From assembly GCA_038496445.1 (NCBI GenBank), contig JALMLS010000030.1:136516-200515 (forward strand): a stretch of 64,000 nt of DNA, written 5' to 3'. Positions within the stretch are counted from its first letter, which is position 1. The number at the start of each line of letters is the position of its first letter. The DNA comes from Trichosphaerium sp. ATCC 40318. Its lineage: Eukaryota; Protista; Tubulinea. The notes below the pieces were generated by a model, which ran no database searches, had not been told where the DNA came from, and saw only the letters and a list, made by a program, of their open reading frames with translations. This document shows positions 49,084-63,295 of the stretch, one piece after another. A program made the position numbers and the translations under genes.

Positions 49084-50344
49084 TTAAAAGTTACGACGTC
49101 TAATTGCCTGTGGAGAGTTTTGAGTTAGCATTCCCGAGCCAATATCAATCTCTAAGCCATCGGTTGCCTAGAAAAACCAGGAGTCAGTACTTGGAACTGA
49201 TATAAAAGTTGTTTTTTTGTTGCTAGCATCACATACAGTTCTGCGAATGACATCAACTACTGTTCTTGCTGCTGATACTGGGAGGTACTCTGTACGATAA
49301 ACAGTGGAGGTACATGTTGAGTTACTACAAAAGGACTTGAAACAAAAAAAGTGAGTCGTTAGCTACAATCAACACGTGTACATTTTGGGCAGTTTCTCCA
49401 AAGTTTGCGTTTAGGACTTGCTTTCCAGCTTGATCGTAGAAAATGATGAAGAAGTGATCCTCATTTAGTCCCATCTGATATCCGCTAACATCTTTCATGC
49501 ATCCTGTAGGACACGTGGCTTCAACAGCGATTTTGGACGAAGACTCAATTGAAGCTCCAACTTTTGGAGATTTGAAAGCTAAATCGGACTCAAAAGGCAA
49601 CTGTTGCACTAAGGTATGGCTAACAACGCCTGTGGCAGGGAATACGTTTACATAGGTGAGCGCCTGAGTGCTATCATCGAGTATAGCCATGTAGGCTTCG
49701 AGAACTTCAATGTATTTTGATTCGTATCTTATCGCTTCAGAACACGTGGTGACGCCATTACAGTACGCCTAAAGAAGTGTGAGGTAATATTAATCGATTT
49801 TAAGACGTACTGGAGGTAGTTTGGTGTTGTTGGGGTAAAAGTCTACATTGTATACAAGGCCATACGAAGGATCAGGCACACTTTGTATTTCTGTATAGAA
49901 CCCAAGTTAGAAAGTTCATTGCGACATTTCTCAACGGATTGTCATGTCACAAATCAAACTATAAAACGGTTTGCAGGGCGTTTTAGCGTGTAACAAAGAG
50001 GCATAGGAATACGACAAAAAGAAGAAAAGGTAGTCAAGAAAAAAGGCCTCTTAAAAAATCAGGAAGAACTGGAGTGTTTTGCTTTGAGGGAGGAAGTTAT
50101 TGTAACACGTGCGTTTAAAAAGTTGGAGTTGAGGAAGACCTGTAGCGAAGTTTCTGCCTAGCTTGTAGTGTGTAGCAATGTTAAACTGTTGTAAAGTGTT
50201 AGCGAACACGTCGTGATGAACAAAATAAAAACCAATGATTTACTAGTTCTTACGTACACAGACTGGAGAGAAATTGCATAGATCAGCGTGTACTGAAACA
50301 AAAAGAAGACATAGAGCAAAGAGAAGAATCTTATGTGGTGTCAT
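49084..50344 (-). CDS. Secreted hypothetical protein, multi-exon
   Basis: Signal peptide MTPHKILLFALCLLFVSVHA; spliceable exons with Cys pairs; ends QAIRRRNF*. Confidence 0.55.
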
Positions 50345-52119
50345 GGTGATGTGATACCTAAATTAACCGGTTTTCTTATCTGACTTAAATAAAAAGGTGA
50401 GCCAAGGAAATGTGTTCATGATTGTTTACGGTATATAGTAGAAAAGGTGCAACGGTTATAAGTATGTAAAGATGTTTAATAGGACAAAAGTCAACATTGG
50501 TTCAGGCCAAATGTGACTTGTAAGTACAATGCTGTAACCACGCAGCTTGTATATTCACTTCTAATTGTAACACAATGAAAGTATACACATTTTGGATGTA
50601 CAGCACGTCACTTTGTATAAATAATGCCCTTATCAATAGATTTTTTTGTATATGTGTTTGTAAAAGACCTTTAGGTCTGTAGATGATAAACAAATTGTAT
50701 TTGGATGAGCTAAATTAGTCACACATGAAGAGTGTCCCAAATCAGGTGAAGTGTCCCAAAAAAATTTATAATGTTAGAACCTATCCTTTCTCAATCCTTC
50801 TACTCATTCGCAATTCATTTAACTAGACGGCTTTGGGTGGGAAGACATCAACGTCTAGTGACTCTAGCCCGGCACTTGATGTTGTTTTTACTAGCCAAAA
50901 CAGCATACAAGTTGTACTGCAATACCATGTTATTTTTGTAATTTCGCAATATTATCGTGGAAAGCGTTTTCGGTTTGTAAGAATAATCTATTTAATCAAA
51001 GATCGATTGAACTTGTCAACAAAAGTGTTCATTTCATATCATGGAAAAACATCAACTTTAATACTGTTTCCTGCCCAGTATTTAGTATTTGTGTCCCTCA
51101 AGTTTTTTTCTTATATTTTTCTTAATAGTAAATTTTTAACGTTCAGTTTCTCTGCACGTGTTGGTTATCACGTGCTCTTTTACACGTAATTCTGGTACAA
51201 TTATAAGCATGCTCCTTCTCCACTTAAACTAGGTTCCGTGACATATCAGGCTCCTCAGTTCATCAACCTCAAAATTTTACCGCATCATACACGTTGTTTG
51301 TGCGCAGTGACCTCGTTTTGCTTGGTTAGAGCTCCGTTTGTGAAAGAAAATATTTGGGACACTAATCTGAGATACCTAGATACTAAAAATTATCAGATAT
51401 TCGAAAATAAGGCACCTTCATATTTTCAAATACCACGTTGTACCACAGGAAGTGGGATTTGAAAACACCTTTTAAAATATCTAGATACTTGTGAATTATC
51501 TAGTTTTGGCGAAATTATCTATCTATCTAGAGATATTGTAGGTATCTAAACATTTCTACAAACTTGACGGTTTACTTTGGTAATAAGAAATTGTCACGTG
51601 ATTTAAACACCAAAACGGTGCCTGGCATCACTTCACGTGCGTAGTACTACTTGTTACCGTATTTTTGACGCTATAAAACTAATGCTAAGCTGCTGTATTT
51701 GTTAACAGTCGCGAGAGCTTACGTTGTGGTCAACAGGTACAGTAAAAAATCCTACCGAACACCAAAAATTTTCGACCGTCTCTGTTCGAACTATGTTCGA
51801 ACTCTTTGCGAAATTTGCAGCAAAGTGCCGGGTTGATAAAGTGAACATAGCTCTCGCTATTGTTCAATGTCTCACCTGCATTTTTTCGAACAATTTCAAT
51901 AACTTGTTCGAAAAACAACATGTAATTTTCATTAGTCCTCTACTCATAGAGTATGCCCGCGCTAGCTGTTATTCTTGTATTTTCAGAACACAAAAAAAAA
52001 CCTACACAGAGTATTGAATCGCGCTAGCTGCTTAATGTTTGTTTCAAGTCACCCTTTTCAGCGTTTGATACAATAAATACAACTACATAATCAACAACGC
52101 AACGTTTATTAGACAGAAA

Positions 52120-55100
52120 ATGAAGACCCTTATTCTCGTATTGTTTCTTGTTTATTTCATTACCATAAGCGAGGCAGATGAAACAAGGAACGCTACAATC
52201 ATAATACGTAAGAGAAAACAAAAATAAAGACTTCGTCACATTCTACAAATTGACAGTTTTTTTTGAGGCTTGTCGTTACCATTTTCTGCGTCGCCGAGAT
52301 TTGCACGTAGCGCAGAATTAGCAAGGTAACCATATTGCAATGTGATAAAGTAAACTAAACTCTTCTTTCAAGGCAAGGACTTGAGTATGCTGAAGAATGG
52401 ATCAAAGATAACCCTATTGTTGTACGACTGAAAGCCATAGAGGCTGTTAGGTAAATTACTATTTAGATTAAAGACTTCTCCGGCGAGACAACAAACCTCC
52501 ACTTTAAGTTTAAAATAGATGATGATGGCTATTCGATTTTTAATGTTACGGAATTATATAAAGAATTTGTCAAAGATAAAACCGTTTCGATATTTATTGG
52601 TCCTCTTGGTACTTACACTGGTGGCGCTGCTTCTGATGTACTTACTGGAAACAATCTACCATCGTGTACAGTTATATATGTTTTTTTGGTTTAAATTGTT
52701 GAGCGACAAATGGAAGCTAATGAAGTTAGTTTTATGGCTTGGACTTAATTTGCGTCGTAGTAGGCGGTCTCTTTCTATTTTACCACCGCTCGAAAACCCA
52801 TTCAGGTACCCATACCATAACAAAGTTGTGTTTTGTTTTAATCCTGCCTGATAAAAAAGCATATTGTGGTAATTTTTTCTTCTCTAGAGGTACATTGTCT
52901 TCATTACGCGTTGCTGGAGCGAAGAGAGTTAGTATTGTTTATGAGGCAGCATCTCATGGTCATGGAGCATGCAGTGGTACAAGTATAAACGAGTATCTTA
53001 CAGATAACGCATTTAATATTGTTGGTAAGCACCCTTTGCCTGACAAAGGTACGCGTTTTCGGCGTTTAGTGCAGAATGAATCGGCTTTTGATTTGCTGAA
53101 CTTTGTATCAAGGAGGCATTACGTCAAGATTACCCATCGAAGACTTCGATCCAGTCTATTTAAAAACTATCACAGATGTTTCTGATATAGTCATAAAAGA
53201 GGATCCAGATATTTGGATATTGTGTATGGAATTTGCACACACAGGTCGTGTGTTTATGAACTACTTTCAAGAAATAGACTATACACCAAAAGGCATTCAA
53301 TTCCCATACTGTACACTCATCGTGTTCTTATTGTTTGTAGCTTTTGTAAGCATGCTTCATATTCGCACTGAAGATGACCTGTTAGAATTCACATCTGGCA
53401 TAGCTTGGGTACATAATTGAAAGGGGACTTTTCTAAAAAATATCGTCTAAAATAGTTTTTGTAGTACGAACCTTCTGTAGACTACCCCCCTACCACTTAT
53501 GGCACAATGAGTCAGTTTGCTGCAGATATATATGAGCGATTTAATACCACTTACGTATCATATCATCTCGCTGGATTTCTTATGACATTATTGCTCAAAA
53601 AAGGAATAGAACAAATTGAGCAAAGATTACTCCATGCACGTAACCTGCAAAACCCAAACACAAGCGACCTTTTTATAGTTGCGTAGTGCTAATAGCTACC
53701 AAAATTTAGGTCGATGAAAATGGTCGCCTAAGTTCGTATTCCCACCCCTACGCGTGTGAATATGTTATTCAGGATGTTGATACTGCTAATTTCTACGCAT
53801 TCCAACGACAATTATTTGATAATATATTCTCGATGAAGCTTGATACAATAGCAGGTCGTTATTCATGGGGAGCAGACCAAATCCAACAAAAAGACAACTT
53901 TTTGGTACAATATATCAACGGGCAAAGACAACTTATAGCTCCGGAGAGGCTTAAAACTCATGATCTTGTTTATCCTATGCCTACCTGGAAAGAACGTATT
54001 TTCAGTACAGAATACAGTACGTAAAAAGCACCTTCATCCTCTTAAAGATTGACAAGTTAAATTCTTTTTAAGGGCATACTGAGCTTGCGATGTTTTGTTT
54101 GGTCAGTATTGTCATATTTATCACTTGCGGTGTCATTGTGTGGGTATTAATATACCGCAAACATCGGGCAATACGTGCATCACAACCTTTGTTCGTTGTA
54201 CTTACTCTGGTAAGCGCTCATAAATATCTGTTTGATACTCACACTTGTTTATTAGATTGGAACTATATTCATGTATGCAACTGTATTCTTTTGGACACTT
54301 CACGCTAACAACCTACATTGCAATATTGTGAGATGGCTCCTTGCACTTGGTTTTGGGGTAAGCGCTATAATCTGTGTTTGTATTAACACGTGATAGCTGG
54401 CATATGGAGCAATGTTTGCTCGTATTTACAGAATTGGTCAAATATTTTTTGAAAAACGTTTGGCAGTCAAAACAGTCACCAACAGGATGATCCTTCCAAT
54501 TGTTACTGGTATTGTTGTCACTGAAGTGCTTATATTAGCTATATGGACAGGTGTGAGTCCATCAAGAGCTGAATATAACAATATGTCAACACCATACATT
54601 CTATCTGATGACTACTTTGATTGTTCAAACACAACAACAGATACTGTGTTCATGTCAATACTCCTTGCATTTAATGCGTGCGTTTTGTTCTACGGTATTT
54701 ACTGGGTGTTCAGAATATGGAAATTGAAAGCAGTTCTTTACAACGAATCAAAGTACGATAGTAGTAATATTAGCTGCGTATTGACTTGTTTCAAATAGAT
54801 CAATTGGATTCGCAGTTTACACTCTCACGTTCTTTATCATCATCTTCATCATCGTTCAGGTACCACTTACCTAATAATGTCAATATGCTTAATACTAGCG
54901 TAGGTGTTTGGAAGCAGCAATCGTTCAGTTGCATTTATTCTTCGTTCATTGTGTCTTATTCTTGGACCTTTCATCTCCATCTTATCAATTCTCATTCCAA
55001 GAATGTATTACATGACACTTTCAAATGAACAACTTGATATCTACGATAGAGAAAGTGATAAAAGAACAACATTATCAAATATATCGCAAACAATGACAAC

Positions 55101-55437
55101 AATGCAAGAGTTGCAAGCAACCAATGATACACTGCGAGAGAAACTGAAGAAATACGAGCAACAAGAAGAAAATACAAAAAGGGATGATGAAATAGTCACA
55201 TTATCAACAACCACGACAGTACAAGAGTTAGAAGCAACCAATGACAAACTAAGAAAGAAACTGAAGAAATACAAAAAAGAAAAAACAACATTATCCAAAG
55301 CATTGACAACAGCCCCAACAATACAAGAGTTACAAGAATTGAAGGCAACCAACGATAAACTGCAAAAGCAACTGGAGGAATACAAAAAAGAAGAAAATGA
55401 GAAACAGCAATACACTACTCACGATTCAAACTCGTAG
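52120..55437 (+). CDS. Class C GPCR, apparent chimera: subfamily-B-like ectodomain with subfamily-A 7TM and coiled-coil tail
   Basis: Signal peptide MKTLILVLFLVYFITISEA; IDDDGYS...IFIGPLG; LDTIAGRYSW...YPMPTWKERIF as in 29735-33076; from about 54075 highly similar in DNA to 38420-39900. Confidence 0.85.
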
Positions 55438-55673
55438 ATAGTTGCGTAGCTACAACAAGTCATTAGTTTTAAATGTTCAATTCACAAAATAAAGTTGGTA
55501 TACAAAACAGAACTGAAGTTAGCTAAACTTCATATCTTTGTTTCAAAATCATTTTATTCTTGTTGTATTCATTATTCAAGTTAAACATAACGTTGACTTC
55601 TCCAGAAAACAACAAAATAAGTGTATTTTTTTTTTGCCTTTTTAAGTAAGTTGACACGACGGTATATTCCACT

Positions 55674-56058
55674 CATGCCTAGGCATGTAGCACAGAAATT
55701 AGTAAGGGTTACGATCCCTTTGCTATTAAACGATTGACGCTAGCGGGTGAACCACCCGCTGTGGTGTTACAATAGTATTTTGTTGAAAAGGTTGGGTGTT
55801 GGGTTGGACTCCCGTACTGAGGGGTTTCCAGTACCCGTCTGGCTTGACAGTGGCCTAAATAACATCGTCATGTCCTCAATGTCTTTACCAAGCAAGTTTA
55901 GAGAGTGGCGGCAGGTGGCTTCGAATGCCGAAAATTATGCTGTCGAGTGAACATTAACATAGATGGTGGATAATTATCTGTCGTATTCAAGGTTTGAGAC
56001 AGACTGGCTTAGTAAAAAATCCAGTCTGCCTATGTTTTTCCGTTATGAATGAATACGA
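55674..56058 (+). other. Candidate structured non-coding RNA or folded DNA element, family unknown
   Basis: GC-richer island with stems AGCGGGTG/CACCCGCT, GTACTG/CAGTAC, CGGCA/TGCCG, CAGACTGG/CCAGTCTG and TCGTATTCA/TGAATACGA; G-U pairs favour the plus strand. Confidence 0.35.
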
Positions 56059-56727
56059 ATATTCAAATAGGTAATATTGATTAGTAAAAATATTCACTCA
56101 TTATTCATGCAATGGACTGCCACAGTAAATGTTCAAAAATTGTGCAATTTGATAGCTGATTTTTATTGGATTTGTGGTTTTGGTAGCGATGTTGAAAATT
56201 GTCCAATGTAGAAAAATATGCTTCTTGTTGCTTGGTCGGATAATTCACGTTGTGCCACCATTTTAGTAATATATAACCCTCGTACTTAGCCTGTACGGCC
56301 CAAACAAACACCCAAAGACATTTTCAAGTCTCGCTTTTAGTAGAATTTTGTTGAACTCAGTATAATCAAATTAGCAGTTCCTCAACGGTAAGCGCTACCT
56401 TAGAAAAGAAAGGGATAAGAATAAGACGGTACACAAATGGCAAAGTACAAGCTTAACAATATAGTGAGAGAATAGGCATGTAATGTGATGGTAATGCACC
56501 TAGACAACAACAGTATATCAGATGAGAAAAAAAGAAGAACGTGTTAACAAGCTCCTTTACAGACTTGGTTAGTTTCTTATTCAAAGCAACTTATTATACG
56601 TGATCAATAAATGCTTTGGCCTCGATAAGGATGCTTGAGACTGATTTGAAATATACACAATCTTGGGTAATCCAACAGCTATTTATTGAATATCTAAAAC
56701 TAATGATTACTTGTTGTGATTTTTTAG

Positions 56728-59700
56728 CTACACCACTATCTCCGAGTCTGACTCATTTGTTTCATCTGATTGTGTATCATTTTCTTCTTCGTGCTTGTAT
56801 TCTTTCAGTTCCTGTTGTAGTTTATCGATGGTTCCTCGCAACGCTTGCATTGTAGTTGTCAATTCACTGAATTTCTTTGCATTTTCTTCTTGTTGTTTCT
56901 TCAGTTTCTTTCTTAGTTTGTCGTTGGTTGATTGCAACTTTTGTATTGCTGTATTTGTTTCCGTATCATCTGGTGGTTTTTTTGCAGTTGCTTTTTTTTT
57001 GTATTTCTTTAGTCGCTTTCTAAGTTTGCCATTGGTTGATTTCAACATTTGTATCATTGTGGTTGTTGCTGCATTGGATTGTTTCACACTTTCTTCTTGT
57101 TCCTCGTATTTCTTCAGTTTCTCTTGTAGTGTATCATTGGTCGCTTGTAACTCTTGCATTGTTGTCATTGTTTGCGATATATTTGATAATGTTGTTCTTT
57201 TATCGCTTTGTCTATCATAGAGAGAAAGTTGTTCTTTTGAAAGTGTCATGAAATACATTCTTGGAATGAGAATTGATAAGATGGAGATGAAAGGTCCAAG
57301 AATAAGACACGATGAACGAAGAATAAACGCAACTGAACGATTGTTACTTCCAAACACCTACACAAGTACTAAGCATATATTTATTAAATACAATAAGTGG
57401 TACCTGAACGATGATGAAGATGATGATAAAGAATGTGAGAGTGTAAACTGCAAATCCAATTGATCTATTCAAAACAAGTCAATATTACACTATCTAGTCT
57501 ATCGTACCTTGATTCGTTGTAAAGAACAGCTTTCAATCTCCATATTCTGTACACCCAATAAATACCGTACAACAATACACATGCATTGAAAGCAAGGAGT
57601 ATTGACAAGAACACAGCATCTGTTGTTGTGTTTGAACAATCATAGTAGTCATCAGATAGAATGTGTGGTGTTGACACTTCCTCGTATTCAGCTTTCGATG
57701 GACTCACACCTGTCCATATAGCCAATATCAGCACTTCGGTGGCAACAATACCAGTGACGATTGGAAGGATCATCCTGTTGGTGACTGTTTTGACTGCCAA
57801 ACGTTTTTCAAAAAATATTTGACCAATTCTGTAAATACGAGCAAACATTGCTCCATATGCCAGCTATCACGTGTTAGTCAATGAAAAAAGTAACATTTAT
57901 GGCTACTACAAAACGCAAAATTATGACTTCACTTACGCCAAAACCGACTCCAAGAAGCCATCTCACAACATTACAATGCAAATCATCAGTGTGAAGTGTC
58001 CAAAAGAAGACAGTCGCATACATGAATATTGTTCCAATCTAAACAATAACAATGAGTGAGCAATTGGCATAGATTTAGGAACATACAAGAGCAAGTACAA
58101 CGAACAAAGGTTGTGATGCACGCATTGCCCGATGTTTGCGGTATATCAATACCCACGGAATGAGACAAAGAGTGATGAATATGAGAACGCTGACCAAACA
58201 AAGCATCACAAGCTCGCTTGTTTGTTCTTGAAATACAAATAAAGTGAGAATAAATGAAGAAAAAGAGAAACGAAATAAGAAAATAAAAAGAACGTACTGT
58301 ACCATCCAAATGTAGTGTGACGTTCATTCCATTTTGGAACTGGATATACGAGCTCTGTAGTTACAGCATAAAGAGGGGCAACAATTTTTTGATTGTGATC
58401 ATCTCCATATTGATACACCAATCGATTCCTTCCGCTATTCTGACCAAATCTATCAAAAGTAACCTCTCCATAAAACCCAGTGATCTCCATTGCAGCAATT
58501 GTCTCTTGAATTGTTTCACTATCAAAGGTACTAAAATAAAAATAAGCAACATGTGATTGTCACGTGATCTATAAAAAAAGAAGTCTATTTTTGTCGTACT
58601 TTGCTGTTTCGTAGGCGTGCTGAATAATGTATCCTGAAACGTAACCCGCGGCACCAATCATAGTAGGATCTTCTCCAAATCGTTGTTTATACTTGTTGTT
58701 GAATATCATTGGTGATGCGATTGTTCCATTGCTCACAAAATGATAGAAATTGGTCATGTCGTTTTCGTCATGGAATTCAGTGTTAAGGTTTTTATCCCAC
58801 TACAAATGAGTTATTCAAATAAAATAAAATAAGAAGAGTGTATTACAAAAAATCCACTGGACAAGGTATACTTTAAATCATCGCTAATGTCACCGTCGCG
58901 ATCAATACACACAGGTGAAAATGTATATGCCTGTAATGCAAAGTTAGGTTACAGAATTGACAGTTTATACAGTAAAACGCATAAGAAATAATTCACACCT
59001 TTGCATTAAAGTCAAGCTCTTTTGAAGCACTCATAAAATGTTTACAAATGATAGATCCTTCTACCAATACAATATCTAAAGTCTGGTAAGTGTTTGGTAG
59101 ACGTTCTCATAGTATTTAGAAATGTGTACCTGGTTTGTGTTCCTGTTTTTTGAGTTCTTTGACCACTGATTTCATTGTTGTGGATATAAAGGTCATGTTG
59201 GCTGGAATACGTTGCTCGTATATAACTGTCAGATTAAAAAACGGCATAGATTTAAATACTTCTCCTATTAAACGATCGAAATTTTCTAAGCATAGGATTT
59301 GGTGAGCAAGTAAGACACAACTGATCGGATTTCTTTTAAAGCTGAGACATTTTTATTTTGGGCTAAGTGACTGTAGTAGCCTAGAAAACTCAAAATTGGC
59401 AGTACCTGGCCATATAACGGCTACAGTGCGGGCACCATGACTAGCCAACAAACCAAGAGATTCTGTGTAAACCTTTGTATATGGTGCAAGTAATCCGAAA
59501 TAGTATTTATACTTTCTTCCTAAAGGCACAGTACATGGAGGGTCTAATCTTTCATCACATATATTATAACCAGGAGATTTAATTTGTGCTATAACAATAA
59601 ATACCAAACACAAATCCTTTGGCTACAGCAGAGTATCCAAAACACGCTCCACACAAAAAGGTGAGACTCAAGTACGTATTATGATACTCTGCTAATACAA

Positions 59701-60316
59701 ACCAAAAACGTACGTAGTATTGCGTTGATTTTATGTTCATTTGTTACATAATTAAAAAAGCCTGTCCCAAAAGCTGGCTACACGCACCAATAAGTAAGTG
59801 ATAAACATTTTATACAACAACAGCCGTATTTCGGCTGCTAGTCATATCACACACGAGGATTAGGGTAAAGAAGACAACGCACCAACAATACAAAATCAAC
59901 ACCTTGCTCTAAAAACTTTTTTGTGCCATTTTCCCAGACCACCTTCGGGACAATCGAGGCTAGGTGAGGCATTAGGTACAGCCAGTCAGGTAAATAGAAC
60001 TTTTGCATACATCCTTGTTCAAATTCAAAACGTAAAAGTTCTACTTTGTGACTAGTTTCATTGATAGTAATACCGCCGCGAGCATTGACCTGGTAAATTA
60101 AAAAAAGTGTCAATACAATCGCAGAAAGCTCAGATAAAAAATTACTTCGTCTTGCCACATTTGATGACCCTGTAGTACAAGTCTGTCTCCGTCCACTGTT
60201 TTGTTGCCTTCTACTGCGGATATAACACCAATGCGTATTACACGGTCATGGGACCACGTGATAACTATAAATATAACCAACAATAGTTGTAAAATAGTTA
60301 TTATTGCTTGTCTCAT
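56728..60316 (-). CDS. Class C GPCR, subfamily A copy 2 (inverted paralog of 36282-39911)
   Basis: Same exon-intron structure, several near-identical introns, four coiled-coil repeats, ends SDSEIVV*. Confidence 0.85.
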
Positions 60317-61480
60317 GTTGACACCGTTTTATTTGTGGATATGACTTGAATAGAAACGTTAAGTAGCGAGGAGTGTAATTTCTGAAAGTTATTATGACGT
60401 ACAGCAAGCGAAGAAGGCGGGTACAGGTATTTTTCGCAGTACTCTTTTCTGACAAAATAAAACAACACGAACAATTTTTCGAACAATTTTTTCGAACAAA
60501 CAAGTTGAACAAAGCTTCATTTTATAGTTGTAGCGTAAAGTATGTTGAAACTTGTTCGAAAAAATATGACTGTCCACAAAAATAGACCAAAAACCACACA
60601 AGTGGATTCTTTGCCTTCCCAGTTTAATTCAACACATTTATACTATGGGACAGCAAACGCAAGCTATTATAGACGCTGTTCACTTTCGGTTAGGCCCGTC
60701 GCTTTGCACGGGACAAGAAACCGACCTTCAGTCATAGAGTTGATCGCTAAACGGCTATAGCCAGTTAGCCGCTTAAGTTTTTGGGACCGGCTATAACCAG
60801 CTAAGAAAAAATAAGGGAAAACTCAACCGTCTTTTTGCTTGATACTAGGCTTTGTATCTATGTTTCGAACACAAACGAATTTCAAAGCCATTGAGAGCAT
60901 AGTAGAACTTAAAAAACGCATGTGGTGCCATTGTACAACACCAACAAAATCGCACATTTTTAAAGCGGTTTTAGCCGATTACAGATTTTGTTGCTGAGTT
61001 GCTTAGCCGGGACCGGACCACAAACACCATTATTCACAATTTGTCATGACGTTGATGTTAATACATGATTAGTTTCAAAATCCACTTGAGTGGATTTTGG
61101 TCATATTTTGCGGACAATTGTATGTCAATGACCAATTCGTTTCGAACAAGCCTTGTAGGCTTGGTTTACTAATCCAAGAGCGCTATTTCAACATTGAGAG
61201 TACGATAGGAGGAACCTATAGCAATGTTGGAAAAGATGTATCCGTCTACAATAGTTGTGGGCATTGTCGTAAGGAAACAAAAAAAATCCCCAAAACTTGT
61301 GAAATTTCGCAGAATTGTTCAGTCTTTTTAGAAATAAAATCATTCTTGTAGTAAATCCACGTTTTATAATCCATACTCTATTTATTTCCTTGCGTTTTCT
61401 ATAAATGGAAAGTAAAAAAGCGTGGCGGAACACAGCACGCTTTTCTTACTGTTAATAAGCATTACGTCATCAAGAAAGCA

Positions 61481-63295
61481 ATGTTTGCTGTCAAAATAAG
61501 TTTAGTGGTTTCTTTGTTGTTGGTTTGTTTGGTACAGTGTGAAGGTTAGGTTTTGACGTTCTAATCGTCATCTTATTCTTCAAGCGTAGGCAGTGATATA
61601 GGTACTATTCAGTCTGTATACCTTCAAGAAGACTTTCTTTTAACATGGCAAATAATGGGAGAATAGTACGTCAAAAGTAGTTTAATGTACGCCTTATGAT
61701 AACTAACTATCGTTCTGTAGCATTTCTATAAGCGTCACAAGTACAAAAGTAAGCCACATTCTCCTTTCTGGTGTTATTTTTTCGTTGCCTTAACACGTGG
61801 TTGTAGTTAGGTTGGATTGCTATTGGGTGGCATAACCCAGGAGAATTTAATAGTATGGCAAATACAGATATCACAACTGCAACTTTCGATAAGTCTGGGA
61901 AGGTAAGAGACTTATGAAAGCGAAATACGCTTACATATTCTATTTAGCTTGCTAGTGTCGACGATAGATACTACCCTGGTCCTAGCGGAGGAGGTTTTCC
62001 ATTACTGGATACCGAACAGGTTTGAAATAAGAGCAAACAATCACGTTGTCTTACAACGAAACTTAGGGTGGTACAAATGATATTGTCTCTTTTTCTGGAT
62101 ATCAAGCAACAAATCCTCCGCTATCAAAGTTCACCTTTCTTAAAAAACTAGAAACAGGCGATAAGATGGATATACCTGTTTCTAACAATTCATACCCGCA
62201 CGTGATTTCTTTCGACTTAACGCTTTCACAACATTTTTGTTAAATCAACTGTTTTTTTTTTGAATGTTTCTAACTGCTTTATAGTGTTATTTATGCATGG
62301 GGAGATTCAAATGATTTCGGATACCACGGACCGAATGCGGGTACGGGTCTTAACATTAAAGGTTTTTCCTTAAAGTTCTTGGACTAACGATTGTAGGGTC
62401 TTCTAAAAATGCTTTAAATTTCTTGTCTGGAGGAAAAGGAGCTCCTGTATTAAAGGATCCAATGGCAATATATCGTCAATTGCATGCTTTGTTAATGTTT
62501 GCAGCGTACGTGACTGTTTTTTTAACTCACTAACTGAACGTATACAGGTTCGGTGTCTTGATATTTGCTGGCGCTTTTATAGCTCGTTTTATGAAGGCTT
62601 ACAGATGGTGGTTCCCACTTCATATTGCTGTCCAAGTTACAGGTACAAGTACAATACTTTAAGATGAATACTAATACCTTGAAGCGCTGTGTTCTTCTCT
62701 GGTCGCTTTTTCTTTTGCCGTGTATTTGGTTCAAGAAAGTAGTGTACGTGTTGGTGTCTTTATGTTTGAACAACACTTAATAGTCTGTTTCAGGGAGCAC
62801 ACTTTACAAAGATACACCACTGGTTTGGTCTAGCAGCTATGATTTTGATGAGTATGTCTCCTTTCCTCGGCTGGTTATCGGACATGCTATGGAATCCAAG
62901 TAGAACCAAAATACCAATATGGCCAGATAAACTACACTGTACAAGTTACCGTTCAAAACTTCTCTTTTAACTTTTTACAAATAGGGTGGGTAGGAAGACT
63001 AACAATGGTTTTGGGCGTTGTCGCCATTTTCCTTGGGATGTGGATTATGGTTAACAAGTTCTTAAGTACGATTGAATATGTCAGTGGGCAATAGCAACTT
63101 ATTGGAGTTTTTAGTGATTCTGTTTGGTGTTCTTGTTGCTTTCTATGTATTTGTACTGTGCTACGTCTCAGTATATAAGCGTGTTAAAGGCGATCTTGTG
63201 AGGTTTGTGGTATCTTTTCTCAAGAATTATGCCTAACTCTTTATGGTAGTGAAGATGTTCATAAACCTTTGATAATTAACCACGATGAAAGATAG
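61481..63295 (+). CDS. DOMON + cytochrome b561 (ferric-chelate reductase/SDR2-like) protein; multi-exon
   Basis: Signal peptide; WIAIGW...SMANTDI; VIYAWG...GYHG; b561 His motifs QLHALLM, WFPLHI, IHHWFG, KLHWWVGR. Confidence 0.88.

Noticed and set aside
55789-55807. Telomeric repeat or telomerase template (ggttgggtgttgggttgg)
   Set aside because: Too short and irregular, and on the wrong strand for a template if the RNA is plus-strand
60750-61020. Possible MITE with cggcta/tagccg inverted motifs
   Set aside because: Only short imperfect matches; no definable termini or target-site duplication
63066-63084. Possible 19-nt ultrashort intron in the DOMON/b561 gene
   Set aside because: A downstream acceptor (tttttag) gives a normal ~49-nt intron with an equally good reading frame
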